From Eubacteriales bacterium (GTDB taxonomy: Bacteria > Bacillota > Clostridia > Oscillospirales > CAG-272): 56,236 nucleotides of DNA. Of the stretch, positions 1 to 8,800 are shown piece after piece. Positions within the stretch are counted from its first letter, which is position 1. Every line of letters starts with the position of its first letter. The notes under the pieces are model-generated. The model was given only the letters and a program-made list of their open reading frames with translations. It searched no databases and was not told where the DNA came from. Where the stretch lies: positions 1-56,236 of the forward strand of contig JAZQGJ010000069.1 of the NCBI GenBank assembly GCA_045539995.1. The letters run 5' to 3'. A program made the position numbers and the translations under genes.

Positions 1-19
1 CTTAAAATTTATTCTAAAA

Positions 20-1246
20 TTATTTCTGTGGAATTCCGTAATTTTCAATAACGTAATCCATATCCTTATCGCCTCTGCCCGAAAGATTTACGAGCACAGA
101 GCCGTGTCCTAACTTCTCTGCGAGCTTTATCGCGTACGCGACGGCGTGAGCGCTCTCAATAGCGGGAATAATTCCCTCTGCGCGTGAGAGACGGAAGAAG
201 GCGTGTATCGTCTCATTATCGTCTATTACGTCATATTTTACTCTGCCGATATCACGCAAGAACGCGTGCTCGGGGCCAGACGAGGGATAGTCGAGTCCGC
301 TTGCGACGGAATATACGGGGGCGGGGTCTCCGTTTTCGTCCTTCAGCATTATGCTGTTAAAGCCGTGCATAATACCCTCTGTTCCATACTTAAGGCTCGC
401 CGCGTGGTCGCCCAGCTTCTCTCCTCTGCCGAGAGGCTCAATTCCGTAAATATTTACGGTCTCGTCCTTTAAGAAGCCCGAGAAGAAGCCTGCCGCATTG
501 GAGCCTCCGCCGACACAGGCAACGATATGGTCGGGCAATTCGCCCGTCATTTCGAGAAACTGCTCTCTCGCCTCAATTCCGACAACGCTCTGGAAATCAC
601 GCACCATCATAGGAAAGGGATGAGGGCCTAACACAGAGCCTATGCAGTAAATGCAGTCCTTGTATTCCTTGCTATAGGCTTCAAATGCCGCGTCAACGGC
701 TTCTTTAAGAGTAGCCAAGCCGTGTGTGACCTCTATTACGTTCGCGCCGAGTATCTTCATTCTCGCAACGTTGGGGGCTTGCTTTTTAATATCTACAGAG
801 CCCATATATATGTCGCATTCAAGTCCGAAATAAGCGGCGGCGGTAGCGAGAGCCACTCCGTGCTGTCCCGCGCCCGTCTCGGCTATTATCTTTTTCTTGC
901 CCATATATTTAGCGAGCAACGCCTCACCCATACAGTGATTGAGCTTATGAGCTCCCGTGTGATTCAGGTCCTCGCGCTTCGCATATATCTGAACGTTGCC
1001 TATCTGACTCGAAAGTCTTTCAAGATGCGTTATAGGAGTAGGTCTTCCTTGAAACTCCTTTCTTATTCTGCGAAGCTCGCTTATAAATCGGCGCGACTTG
1101 CAGATATTGAAGTAGGCGTCGGTTATTTCCCGCATAGGAGCCTTCAGCTCTTCGGAAATGTAGCAGCCGCCGTACTTACCGAAATAACCGTCGGTGGAAG
1201 GATAATCCTTAAAATAACTTTCATAATTTATTTTCTTTTCTTCCAT
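20..1246 (-). CDS. trpB: tryptophan synthase beta chain, stand-alone (no trpA in window)
   Basis: 408 aa. TrpB signatures HTGAHKLN (PLP lysine), [16 protein letters not shown] and [11 protein letters not shown] are colinear with canonical TrpB. AGAGGT RBS lies before ATG 1246. There is a 12-bp gap to the upstream gene, so it is the last visible gene of the Leu-T-box operon. Confidence 0.85.
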   Translation of the reverse strand: MEEKKINYESYFKDYPSTDGYFGKYGGCYISEELKAPMREITDAYFNICKSRRFISELRRIRKEFQGRPTPITHLERLSSQIGNVQIYAKREDLNHTGAHKLNHCMGEALLAKYMGKKKIIAETGAGQHGVALATAAAYFGLECDIYMGSVDIKKQAPNVARMKILGANVIEVTHGLATLKEAVDAAFEAYSKEYKDCIYCIGSVLGPHPFPMMVRDFQSVVGIEAREQFLEMTGELPDHIVACVGGGSNAAGFFSGFLKDETVNIYGIEPLGRGEKLGDHAASLKYGTEGIMHGFNSIMLKDENGDPAPVYSVASGLDYPSSGPEHAFLRDIGRVKYDVIDDNETIHAFFRLSRAEGIIPAIESAHAVAYAIKLAEKLGHGSVLVNLSGRGDKDMDYVIENYGIPQK

Positions 1247-1258
1247 TCGTCTTACCTC

Positions 1259-2065
1259 TTATTTTAATTTATATGCGCGGAGCGCGTTTTTTGCAAATAT
1301 ATTCTCGTATTCGCTTTCACTGTAGCCGAGCGAAAGAAGATATTCTATCTCATTGTCTGCCCGCCACATAGGATAGTCGGTGCCGAAAAGCACTCTGTCG
1401 GTGCCGTAAGCGTCTATTATCCTCTTCATTTCATCCTTTAGAAGAAAGGCTGAGGATGAGGAAGTATCTACGTAGAGGTTTTCAGCGCCCTTCAAGGCTT
1501 TCGCTGCCTCTCCCCAGACAGACCAGCCGCCGAGATGAGCCGCGACAAAGGTGAGGCTCGGGAACTTTTTGATAACGGGCAATATCCTGTTGGGGTTCGA
1601 CCTGTCGTATCTCTTGTCTCCCGCGTGCATCAGTATGGGCACGCCCTTTTTTTCGCATAGGCTGTATATCTTGAGGCATCGCTCGTCATCTACGGCAAAG
1701 TCCTGTATATCGGCGTGCAGCTTTACTCCGTGAAGACCGAGCTCTATGAGATGCTCGAGGTCTGCTTCCATAGTCTTACTTTCGGGATGCATCGTTCCGA
1801 GTCCTATAAGACGGTCACTATGCTCGCAAACTTCTTTTGCTATAAACTCATTTATACGCTTGACCTGATGGGGCGAGGTCGCAAGCGACTGAACTATAAA
1901 CTTGTCAACGTCTGCCCGTCCCTCTCCCGAAAGCAAATCCGAAACTGTTCCCAGATGAAGTGATTTAAGTCCGTAAAAGGTGTCGGTGTGTGCGACTGCT
2001 ATCTCTGCTATTCTGTCGGGATAAACGTGGCAGTGAGCGTCAATTATATAATACTTCTTCGCCAT
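1259..2065 (-). CDS. metal-dependent TIM-barrel amidohydrolase-superfamily protein (amidohydrolase_2/ACMSD-like hydrolase or decarboxylase)
   Basis: 268 aa. N-terminal HCHVYP (HxH metal motif), internal HAD/HLGG histidines and C-terminal FGTDYP aspartate are typical of the family. Its start overlaps the stop of the upstream gene at 2065. Confidence 0.6.
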   Translation of the reverse strand: MAKKYYIIDAHCHVYPDRIAEIAVAHTDTFYGLKSLHLGTVSDLLSGEGRADVDKFIVQSLATSPHQVKRINEFIAKEVCEHSDRLIGLGTMHPESKTMEADLEHLIELGLHGVKLHADIQDFAVDDERCLKIYSLCEKKGVPILMHAGDKRYDRSNPNRILPVIKKFPSLTFVAAHLGGWSVWGEAAKALKGAENLYVDTSSSSAFLLKDEMKRIIDAYGTDRVLFGTDYPMWRADNEIEYLLSLGYSESEYENIFAKNALRAYKLK

Positions 2066-4584
2066 TACGCAGTTACCACGCCTGCCGCCTTCTGCAAGCC
2101 AAGCTTCTCTATAGCGTTCTCACGCATCTTATATTTGAGTATCTTACCCGCCGCATTCATAGGAAATTCGGTGACAAAATCTATATATTTCGGCACCTTA
2201 TGACGAGCCATATGAGCGTTTATATACGCTTTCATCTCTTCTACCGTCATCGTCTCGCCGTCCTTAAGAATTATACAAGCCATAATCTCCTCGCCGTACT
2301 GCTCGTCGGGCACGCCTATTACCTGTACGTCCTTTACCTTTTGGTGAGTATATATAAATTCCTCAATTTCCTTCGGATATATATTCTCTCCGCCTCTTAT
2401 TATCATATCCTTGAGTCTGCCCGTAATTCTGTAGTTGCCCTCGGGAGTACGGCAGGCAAGGTCTCCCGTATGAAGCCAGCCGTCAGCGTCGATAGCCGAA
2501 GCCGTCGCCTTGGGCATCTTGTAGTAGCCCTTCATAATATTGTAGCCTCTTGCCACAAATTCTCCCGTTACCTCGTCGGGACAGTCCTCTCCCGTTTCGG
2601 GATTTACTATCTTACACTCAATTTCGGGCAAGGCTCTGCCGACGGTGCCGACACGTACCTCTATAGAATCGTCTGTCGAGCTCATAGTACAACCGGGCGA
2701 CGCCTCCGTCTGTCCGTAAACTATAGTTATCTCTTTCATATTCATCTTCTCGACAACGTCCTTCATTACCGAGATAGGACAGGGGCTTCCCGCCATAATT
2801 CCCGTTCTCATATAAGAGAAGTCCGTCTTTTTGAAATCCTCGTGCTCGAGAAGCGCGATGAACATTGTGGGAACTCCGTGGAACACGGTAATTCTCTCGG
2901 AATTTATACAGGAAAGCGCAGGCTTCGGCGAATAATACGGAAGCGGCAGAACCGTCGCCCCGTGTGTCATAGCCGCCGTCATAGAAAGCACCATACCGAA
3001 GCAGTGGAACATCGGAACCTGTATCATCATACGGTCAGCGCTGGAGAGGTCCATACGGTCTCCTATGCACTTTCCGTTATTCACTACGTTATAATGCGTG
3101 AGCATTACGCCCTTGGGGAAGCCTGTCGTGCCCGACGTGTACTGCATATTGCAGACGTCGTCCTTATCTACGGCAGAGGCGCGTCTCGCAAGCTCCTCCT
3201 CGGAAACCATATACGAGCGAGCGCAAACGTCCTCCCACGTCATGCAGCCCTTTTGTCTGAAGCCTACGGTTATTACGTTACGCAAGAAGGGCAGGCGCTT
3301 GCTGTGAAGCGGCTCGTCTGCTTTCTTTGCGCTAAGCTCGGGGCAAAGCTCTGCTATTATTTCAGAATAATTAGAGTCCCTGAAGCCGTCTACCAGAACG
3401 AGAGTATGAGTATCCGACTGCTTTAAAAGATATTCAGCCTCGTGTATCTTATATGCCGTATTCATAGTAACCAGCACCGCGCCTATTTTGGTAACTGCCC
3501 AGAAAGCGATATACCATTCGGGCACGTTCGTCGCCCAGACGGCAACGTGGTGTCCCGCCTTTACTCCAAGCGAGATAAGCGCGCGCGCAAAATTATCCAC
3601 GTCGCGACGGAACTCGTAATACGTCCTCGTATAATTGAGCGTAGTATATTTAAAGGCAAGGTGGTCGGGGAACTCCTCTACCATACGGTCAAGCACCTGT
3701 GAAAACGTGCAGTCAATGAGCAGGTCCTTCTTCCATACGTATCTTCCCGTATGCGCTTTGTTATAGTAAAGCGAGCTATCCGAGCGAGAGGGGTCGCTGT
3801 ATTGGCTCATAAAGTTTTCAAACTGCGAGAGAATAATCTCAATATCGTCTATCTCCTCGCACCAGGCGGGCGACCATTCAAGCGACAGAAAATCGCTGTA
3901 ATTTATAGAACGCAGAGACAAAATGAAGTCGGAAATGGGGAGAGAGCCCTCGCCCATAAGACAGTAATTCAATGTCTCGCCATCCCTTTCGGCGTCTTTT
4001 ATATGAATGTGCTTAACGTAAGCTCCCAAATTCTCGATAGTCACGTCGGGGGTCTCGTTGCCTATAAAATAGGAAGCGCAAACGTCCCAGAGCGCAGCCA
4101 GAGCGTCACAAGCAAATCTGTCTAACATCTCGCGCAGAGTCTTACTGTCGGAAAAGAGACCGCTCGTCTCAAGCAGAAGCGTAACGTGCGCGCTCTCTGC
4201 CTTGGGCAAAAGCTCTGAGAGAAAGCTCTCGACGTAGTTAAGGCTATTTTCTTCGTTTTTTGCAGCGTGCAGACGTATATAGGGAATATGAAGATTTTCG
4301 GCTATTCGGATACATTCCTCTATCTCCTCGCGCGCAAAATCCTTTTGCGCCTCGTCAGAAAAATCACATATACTGTCGATACACGGAATAGACAGCTTTT
4401 TTTCATAAAGCTTACGCAGAGTGGCAGAGGAAAGATAGTCGCAGAATGCGCTGTCGTTTCCCGTAAAAAGCTCGTTCTTTACGTTGTGAAGCTCAATACC
4501 TGAAAATCTCAGGTCCTTTGCTATTTCGCAAAGCTCGTCAAAGCTCTTTCCGTGCCAGCCCTTCGTGGAAAAGGAAAGCTTCAT
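2065..4584 (-). CDS. fusion protein: N-terminal xylose-isomerase-like TIM barrel (sugar-phosphate isomerase/epimerase family) + C-terminal AMP-forming acyl-CoA synthetase/ligase
   Basis: 839 aa. Residues ~1-260 show the AP-endonuclease-2/XylA-like TIM pattern (IELH..., LLLETSG, HIHIKD, LSLEW). Residues ~290-839 carry adenylate-forming motifs YTSGTTGFPKGV, GYGQTE-like YGQTEASP, TGD and GRLKDMIIRGGENIYP. ATGA overlaps the upstream gene. Confidence 0.75.
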   Translation of the reverse strand: MKLSFSTKGWHGKSFDELCEIAKDLRFSGIELHNVKNELFTGNDSAFCDYLSSATLRKLYEKKLSIPCIDSICDFSDEAQKDFAREEIEECIRIAENLHIPYIRLHAAKNEENSLNYVESFLSELLPKAESAHVTLLLETSGLFSDSKTLREMLDRFACDALAALWDVCASYFIGNETPDVTIENLGAYVKHIHIKDAERDGETLNYCLMGEGSLPISDFILSLRSINYSDFLSLEWSPAWCEEIDDIEIILSQFENFMSQYSDPSRSDSSLYYNKAHTGRYVWKKDLLIDCTFSQVLDRMVEEFPDHLAFKYTTLNYTRTYYEFRRDVDNFARALISLGVKAGHHVAVWATNVPEWYIAFWAVTKIGAVLVTMNTAYKIHEAEYLLKQSDTHTLVLVDGFRDSNYSEIIAELCPELSAKKADEPLHSKRLPFLRNVITVGFRQKGCMTWEDVCARSYMVSEEELARRASAVDKDDVCNMQYTSGTTGFPKGVMLTHYNVVNNGKCIGDRMDLSSADRMMIQVPMFHCFGMVLSMTAAMTHGATVLPLPYYSPKPALSCINSERITVFHGVPTMFIALLEHEDFKKTDFSYMRTGIMAGSPCPISVMKDVVEKMNMKEITIVYGQTEASPGCTMSSTDDSIEVRVGTVGRALPEIECKIVNPETGEDCPDEVTGEFVARGYNIMKGYYKMPKATASAIDADGWLHTGDLACRTPEGNYRITGRLKDMIIRGGENIYPKEIEEFIYTHQKVKDVQVIGVPDEQYGEEIMACIILKDGETMTVEEMKAYINAHMARHKVPKYIDFVTEFPMNAAGKILKYKMRENAIEKLGLQKAAGVVTA

Positions 4585-5978
4585 CTTTCTGCCTCCTCGT
4601 TTACAATCTTGTTCAATGCGTTGATGTACGCGCCAATAGACGCGCCTATAATGTCTGTGGAAATACCGTTACCCGAATAGAGCTTGCCCTCGTTGCGCAG
4701 CTTGATAAGCGCACTTCCTACTGCCTCTTTACCCTCGGTAACTGCCTGAATCTGAAAATCGTCAAGCTCAAAGTGATGTCCTACTATCTGCTCAAGAGCT
4801 CGGAAGGCGGCGTCTATAGGACCGTCTCCCATAGCTATTCCACTTAAAATTTCTCCGTCGCGGGAGAGCTTTATTTGCGCCGACGAGGAAATTATGTTGC
4901 CGTTGTTTATTACGTAGCTCTCCAGTTTATAGACGGGGGCTGCCTGCATAGCGACGCTCGCAACCACTGCGTCAAGGTCCTTTGCCGTGACCTTTTTCTT
5001 TGCGGCTACCTTTTTAAATTCCTCGTAAACGCGTACGTTGTCCTCGTCTGTGAGGTCATAGCCTAAGCGACGGACGGCGTCGCTCACCGCCTCTATCGTA
5101 TCGTTGATATCAAATACGGCATTGTCATTTTCTGCGTCAAAGGACTTCTTTCCCGAATGGGACGAGCTGTCGCTTCCGCATATCCAGCCTATCTGCTTGG
5201 TAATTCTGTGAAGCTCGTTGTCGTTGATATCCAATTTCACTCCGCAACGGTCACCGCAAAGGCTGAAAACAGATGAAAAAGATTCGGTTTCGGGAATGTC
5301 GGAGGCGCCAACCGCGCATTTCATTTCAGACGCGCCCGCGCGAATAGCCATAAATGCCGACGCGGTCGCCATTCCTATAGAATTTTTACAGAGTATTCCC
5401 ACGCTTACACGGGAAAGCTCGGGTATGTCTTTTTTCAAGTCGCCAAAGAATGAAGCAAATTCGTCGGGAAGCATTACGCCCTCGTCGTCACATAAGGTAA
5501 CGGTGCTTACTCCCGCCTCTATGGCTTCGCAGATAACACGGCGCAGATAATCCCTGTCGGCGCGCGTAGCGTCCTCAGCGAAAAATTCAACGTCGTCGCA
5601 TTTTGCCTTTGCCATAAGGAAAAGGCTGCGGCAAAGCTCAAGCATCTTCTCGGGCTTCTTATGGAATGAGTATTCCATCTGAACGGCAGAGACAGGCATT
5701 TTTACGGCAAGTCTCGCGCGCTTTGCGCCCGAAATAGCCGCCGCCGCTATATTCACACTCTCCTCTGTCACGCCTGTGTCAACGCACAGCGCGCTGTATT
5801 TAATAAACGCAGAGGCCGTTCTTATAAGCAAAGAATCAGTTTTTACGTTATCGATAGGCGGCATGTGGATAACGTCAACCTTCAAATGGTCAAGATGTCT
5901 CGCTATCTCTATCTTTTCTTTGAATGACAAAGCGCTGTGTCTTTGCAGCGTCATATCGGATATAACAATTTTTTTCAC
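4581..5978 (-). CDS. LeuA/HMGL-like protein with C-terminal LeuA allosteric/dimerisation domain; canonical catalytic residues missing
   Basis: 465 aa with a GTG start. It is colinear with 2-isopropylmalate/citramalate synthase. However, DTTLRDGEQ is replaced by SDMTLQRHS and the HxH(D) metal motif by ILCKNS. The C-terminal ~110 aa resemble the LeuA_dimer regulatory domain. Confidence 0.6.
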   Translation of the reverse strand: MKKIVISDMTLQRHSALSFKEKIEIARHLDHLKVDVIHMPPIDNVKTDSLLIRTASAFIKYSALCVDTGVTEESVNIAAAAISGAKRARLAVKMPVSAVQMEYSFHKKPEKMLELCRSLFLMAKAKCDDVEFFAEDATRADRDYLRRVICEAIEAGVSTVTLCDDEGVMLPDEFASFFGDLKKDIPELSRVSVGILCKNSIGMATASAFMAIRAGASEMKCAVGASDIPETESFSSVFSLCGDRCGVKLDINDNELHRITKQIGWICGSDSSSHSGKKSFDAENDNAVFDINDTIEAVSDAVRRLGYDLTDEDNVRVYEEFKKVAAKKKVTAKDLDAVVASVAMQAAPVYKLESYVINNGNIISSSAQIKLSRDGEILSGIAMGDGPIDAAFRALEQIVGHHFELDDFQIQAVTEGKEAVGSALIKLRNEGKLYSGNGISTDIIGASIGAYINALNKIVNEEAER

Positions 5979-6020
5979 TTTCTTCTTCCTTTCGAATATG
6001 ATTAAGCCTCATACCTTAAA

Positions 6021-6286
6021 ACAAAAAGCCCCTGAAGCCTTTTAGGGCTTCAGGGACGAAAAATACTTCCGCGGTACCACCCTGATTACCGTCAAAAAAC
6101 GGTCTCTTTAAGGCTCTGACAAGCCCTTTGCCACGGTAACGGGGCATACCGGAATTTCTTACTGAGGTTCGGAAATTCTGCTCGGGAACGAGACTTTACC
6201 TGCATTCGCACATCGGCTCGCACCAAACGCCGACTCTCTTGTGTACGTCAAAGCAGGAAATAATTCCTTCATAGCATTTAAAAACA
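6021..6286 (-). promoter_or_regulatory. T-box riboswitch leader, specifier read as CUC (Leu), with intrinsic terminator
   Basis: On the minus strand: K-turn GCU-AUGA-A-GGAA...UUCC-C-GA-GC, AG bulge AGAGAG, distal loop GGUGCGA. The T-box sequence AAUCAGGGUGGUACCGCG is the complement of 6069-6083. The terminator stem is CCCUGAAGCC/GGCUUCAGGG plus a U-run (6021-6057). The triplet CUC (6190-6192) followed by G lies immediately 5' of the K-turn-proximal helix. Confidence 0.85.
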
Positions 6287-6292
6287 TAAAGT

Positions 6293-6321
6293 ATTTTACC
6301 ACATAAAAAACGATTTGTCAA
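6293..6321 (-). promoter_or_regulatory. sigma-A promoter of the Leu T-box operon
   Basis: Minus strand reads TTGACA (6316-6321), a 17-nt spacer, then TAAAAT (6293-6298). Confidence 0.7.
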
Positions 6322-6401
6322 CAGTTTTCACTGATTTTTTTCGTTTTTCAGAGTTTTTTCAAATTTGCTCGGTTTGTTCTGAGATTTTGAAGTCCTTTCG
6401 G

Positions 6402-7463
6402 TCAAATCTGATAGGTCCAGCCGAACGTGTCTTCACGCTTGCCCCACTGAATTCCTGTAAGCACGTCATAAAGATGTCCCGTTACCTCGCCTATCTTGCC
6501 GCCGTTGATTTCAAAAACCTTATCCTTATACGCAAGCGTTCCTATAGGAGAAACGACAGCCGCCGTTCCGCAACCCCATGCCTCCTCAAGCTTGCCCTCG
6601 TCGAGTGCGCGCTCAAGCTCATCTATGCTTATTCTTCTCTCGCTTACCTTGTAGCCCTCGCTTTTGAGAAGCTCAATGCAGGACTTTCTCGTAATACCGG
6701 GAAGAATAGAGCCTACAAGAGCGGGAGTAACTATCTCGCCGTCTATTTTGAACATTACGTTCATTGCGCCGACTTCTTCTATATACTTGCGCTCAACGCC
6801 GTCAAGCCAAAGCACCTGAGCATATCCCTTTTCCTCTGCCTTCTGTCCCGCGCGTGTGCTTGCGGCATAGTTGCCTCCGCATTTAGCCTCGCCCGTACCG
6901 CCTCTTACGGCTCTTACGTCATCGGCCTCTATCATTATCTTAACGGGGTTAATGCCCGCCGCGTAGTAGCTTCCGACGGGAGACGTGATAATCACGTAGG
7001 TCGCGCGCTTTACCGAATGAACGCCCAAGCTCTCATCGTTACCGAACATAAAGGGACGGATATAAAGCGACGTTCCCTCTGCCGACGGTGTCCACTCCTG
7101 CTCGAATTCAATGAATTTGGTAAGAGTCTCGAGAGCCACGTCCTCAGGAATAGTAGGAAGGCAAAGGCGCTCTGCCGAACGGTTCATTCTTCTTATATTC
7201 TCGATAGGACGGAAAAGCTGAACCTTGCCGTCTGCCTTACGGTACGCCTTAAGTCCCTCAAATATCTCCGCGCCATAGTGCAGAGCTGTGCAGGCGGGGT
7301 GAATTTGCAGATTACCGAAGGGGACTATTCTCGCGTCGTGCCAGCCCTCGCCCTCTGTGTAATCCATAATAAACATATGGTCTGTAAATATCTTGCCGAA
7401 GCCCAATTTGGAAGGGTCGGGCTTTTCTGCAGGATTAGGATTTCTCGTTATTGAAATATTCAT
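6402..7463 (-). CDS. ilvE: branched-chain amino acid aminotransferase
   Basis: ~353 aa. Class IV aminotransferase pattern (FTDHMF, HYGAEIFEGLKAY, GEAKCGGNY, GITR). ATG 7463 has a GAAGGTGA RBS. The ORF track extends to GTG 7472. Confidence 0.9.
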   Translation of the reverse strand: MNISITRNPNPAEKPDPSKLGFGKIFTDHMFIMDYTEGEGWHDARIVPFGNLQIHPACTALHYGAEIFEGLKAYRKADGKVQLFRPIENIRRMNRSAERLCLPTIPEDVALETLTKFIEFEQEWTPSAEGTSLYIRPFMFGNDESLGVHSVKRATYVIITSPVGSYYAAGINPVKIMIEADDVRAVRGGTGEAKCGGNYAASTRAGQKAEEKGYAQVLWLDGVERKYIEEVGAMNVMFKIDGEIVTPALVGSILPGITRKSCIELLKSEGYKVSERRISIDELERALDEGKLEEAWGCGTAAVVSPIGTLAYKDKVFEINGGKIGEVTGHLYDVLTGIQWGKREDTFGWTYQI

Positions 7464-7501
7464 TTCTTTCACCTTCTTAATAATTAAAAAATTAAAGCTT
7501 A

Positions 7502-8041
7502 TTACTTATAATTTTTTCCTAAACGGATTGCGCCTAAGTTTACGTCAAGCATATCCGCGCGCTTTGCCGAAATTACCTTCTTAAGCGCAGCGAGGATTGT
7601 CTCCTCGTCGTCAAAGTCGCCCATATCAGCGAGCACCTTGCCCATAATTATCATATTTGCAAGGGTGGGCGTCTTGTTTTCGTCAGCCATCTTCGTGGCG
7701 GGTATGTAGTGAACCGTCACGTCCGTTCTCTTAACCTTGCGCTCGATAAGAGAGGAATCCACGTAAATCGTGCCGCCGGGCACAACGCTGTCCTCGTACT
7801 TGTCAAGCGAGGGGAGATTCATCGCTATAAGAACGTCGGGGTTAGATACTATAGGAGAGCCTACGGGCGTATCACTCAGAATTACGCTGCAGCTCGCCGT
7901 ACCACCTCTCATTTCGGGGCCGTAGGAGGGGAGCCAGCTTACGTTCTTTCCCAAATTCAAGCCTCCGTAAGCCAAAAACTTACCCGCGAACAAAATTCCC
8001 TGTCCGCCGAAGCCTGCGAATAAATATTCTGTCGTTTTCAT
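7502..8041 (-). CDS. 2-oxoacid:ferredoxin oxidoreductase gamma subunit (Kor/Vor type)
   Basis: 179 aa. GFGGQGI N-terminal motif and the POR/KOR/VOR gamma-domain pattern. It lies in a delta-alpha-beta-gamma gene string. Confidence 0.85.
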   Translation of the reverse strand: MKTTEYLFAGFGGQGILFAGKFLAYGGLNLGKNVSWLPSYGPEMRGGTASCSVILSDTPVGSPIVSNPDVLIAMNLPSLDKYEDSVVPGGTIYVDSSLIERKVKRTDVTVHYIPATKMADENKTPTLANMIIMGKVLADMGDFDDEETILAALKKVISAKRADMLDVNLGAIRLGKNYK

Positions 8042-8055
8042 CTTCTTCTCTCCTC

Positions 8056-8799
8056 TCAGTTGTTTGCGCTTCTGTCCTTATATACTCCGAGAGGATAATA
8101 AGGAATCATTTTTTCGTCTATCCATTCAAGCGCCTTTTTAGGTGTCATACCCCAGTTGGTAGGACAGGAGGAAATAACCTCTACAAGAGAAAAGCCCTTT
8201 CCGTTCACCTGATTTTCAAACGCCTTTTTAATAGCCTTCTTCGCGTTCTTTACGTTCTTTACGTTGTTTACCGCAACGCGCTCAAGGTATTCGGGGCCGT
8301 CAAGCTGTGAAAGCATCTCGCATACCTTTATAGGAAAGCCGCAGTGATTTACGTCGCGTCCGTAGGGGGAGGTCTGCGTTACCTGTCCGGGAAGCGAGGT
8401 GGGCGCCATCTGTCCGCCCGTCATACCGTAAATCGCGTTATTTATAAAGATAACCGTGATATTCTCGTTTCTTGCGGCGCTGTGTACGGTCTCCGCCATA
8501 CCTATTGAAGCGAGGTCGCCGTCTCCCTGATATGTAAATACTATATTTTCGGGGTCAGAGCGCTTAACGCCTGTCGCTACTGCGGGCGCGCGTCCGTGTG
8601 CCGCCTCTATCATATCGCAGTTGAAATAATCATACGCCATAACCGAGCATCCTACAGGCGCTATACCTATCGTTCTGCCCTCAATTCCAAGCTCATCCAA
8701 AACCTCGGCTACAAGACGGTGAACAATACCGTGAGTACAACCGGGACAATAGTGCAGAGGCAAATCTGCCAATGCGTGAGGTTTATCAAATACTACCAT
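8056..8799 (-). CDS. 2-oxoacid:ferredoxin oxidoreductase beta subunit (TPP-binding)
   Basis: 247 aa. CPGCTHG cysteine motif and the GDGD...NN TPP-binding motif (YQGDGDLASIG...INNAIYGMTGGQ). Confidence 0.88.
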   Translation of the reverse strand: MVVFDKPHALADLPLHYCPGCTHGIVHRLVAEVLDELGIEGRTIGIAPVGCSVMAYDYFNCDMIEAAHGRAPAVATGVKRSDPENIVFTYQGDGDLASIGMAETVHSAARNENITVIFINNAIYGMTGGQMAPTSLPGQVTQTSPYGRDVNHCGFPIKVCEMLSQLDGPEYLERVAVNNVKNVKNAKKAIKKAFENQVNGKGFSLVEVISSCPTNWGMTPKKALEWIDEKMIPYYPLGVYKDRSANN

Positions 8800-8800
8800 C

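Noticed and set aside
1990-3426. 478-aa plus-strand ORF, together with similar long antisense ORFs (6315-7454 on the plus strand, 44611-45792 on the minus strand, 41693-42502 on the plus strand, 37327-37980 on the plus strand)
   Set aside because: Each lies entirely antisense to a gene with strong family motifs. They have Arg/Leu/Ser-rich low-complexity composition, no RBS and no domain signatures. They are typical shadow ORFs.
6190-6215. Alternative reading of the first T-box specifier as UGC (Cys) or AUG (Met) from the gaAUGCAgg segment
   Set aside because: Once the K-turn (GCU-AUGA...GA-GC) was located, that segment falls in the upper Stem I internal loop, not the specifier loop. The position homologous in all three leaders gives CUC. 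This still needs covariance-model confirmation.
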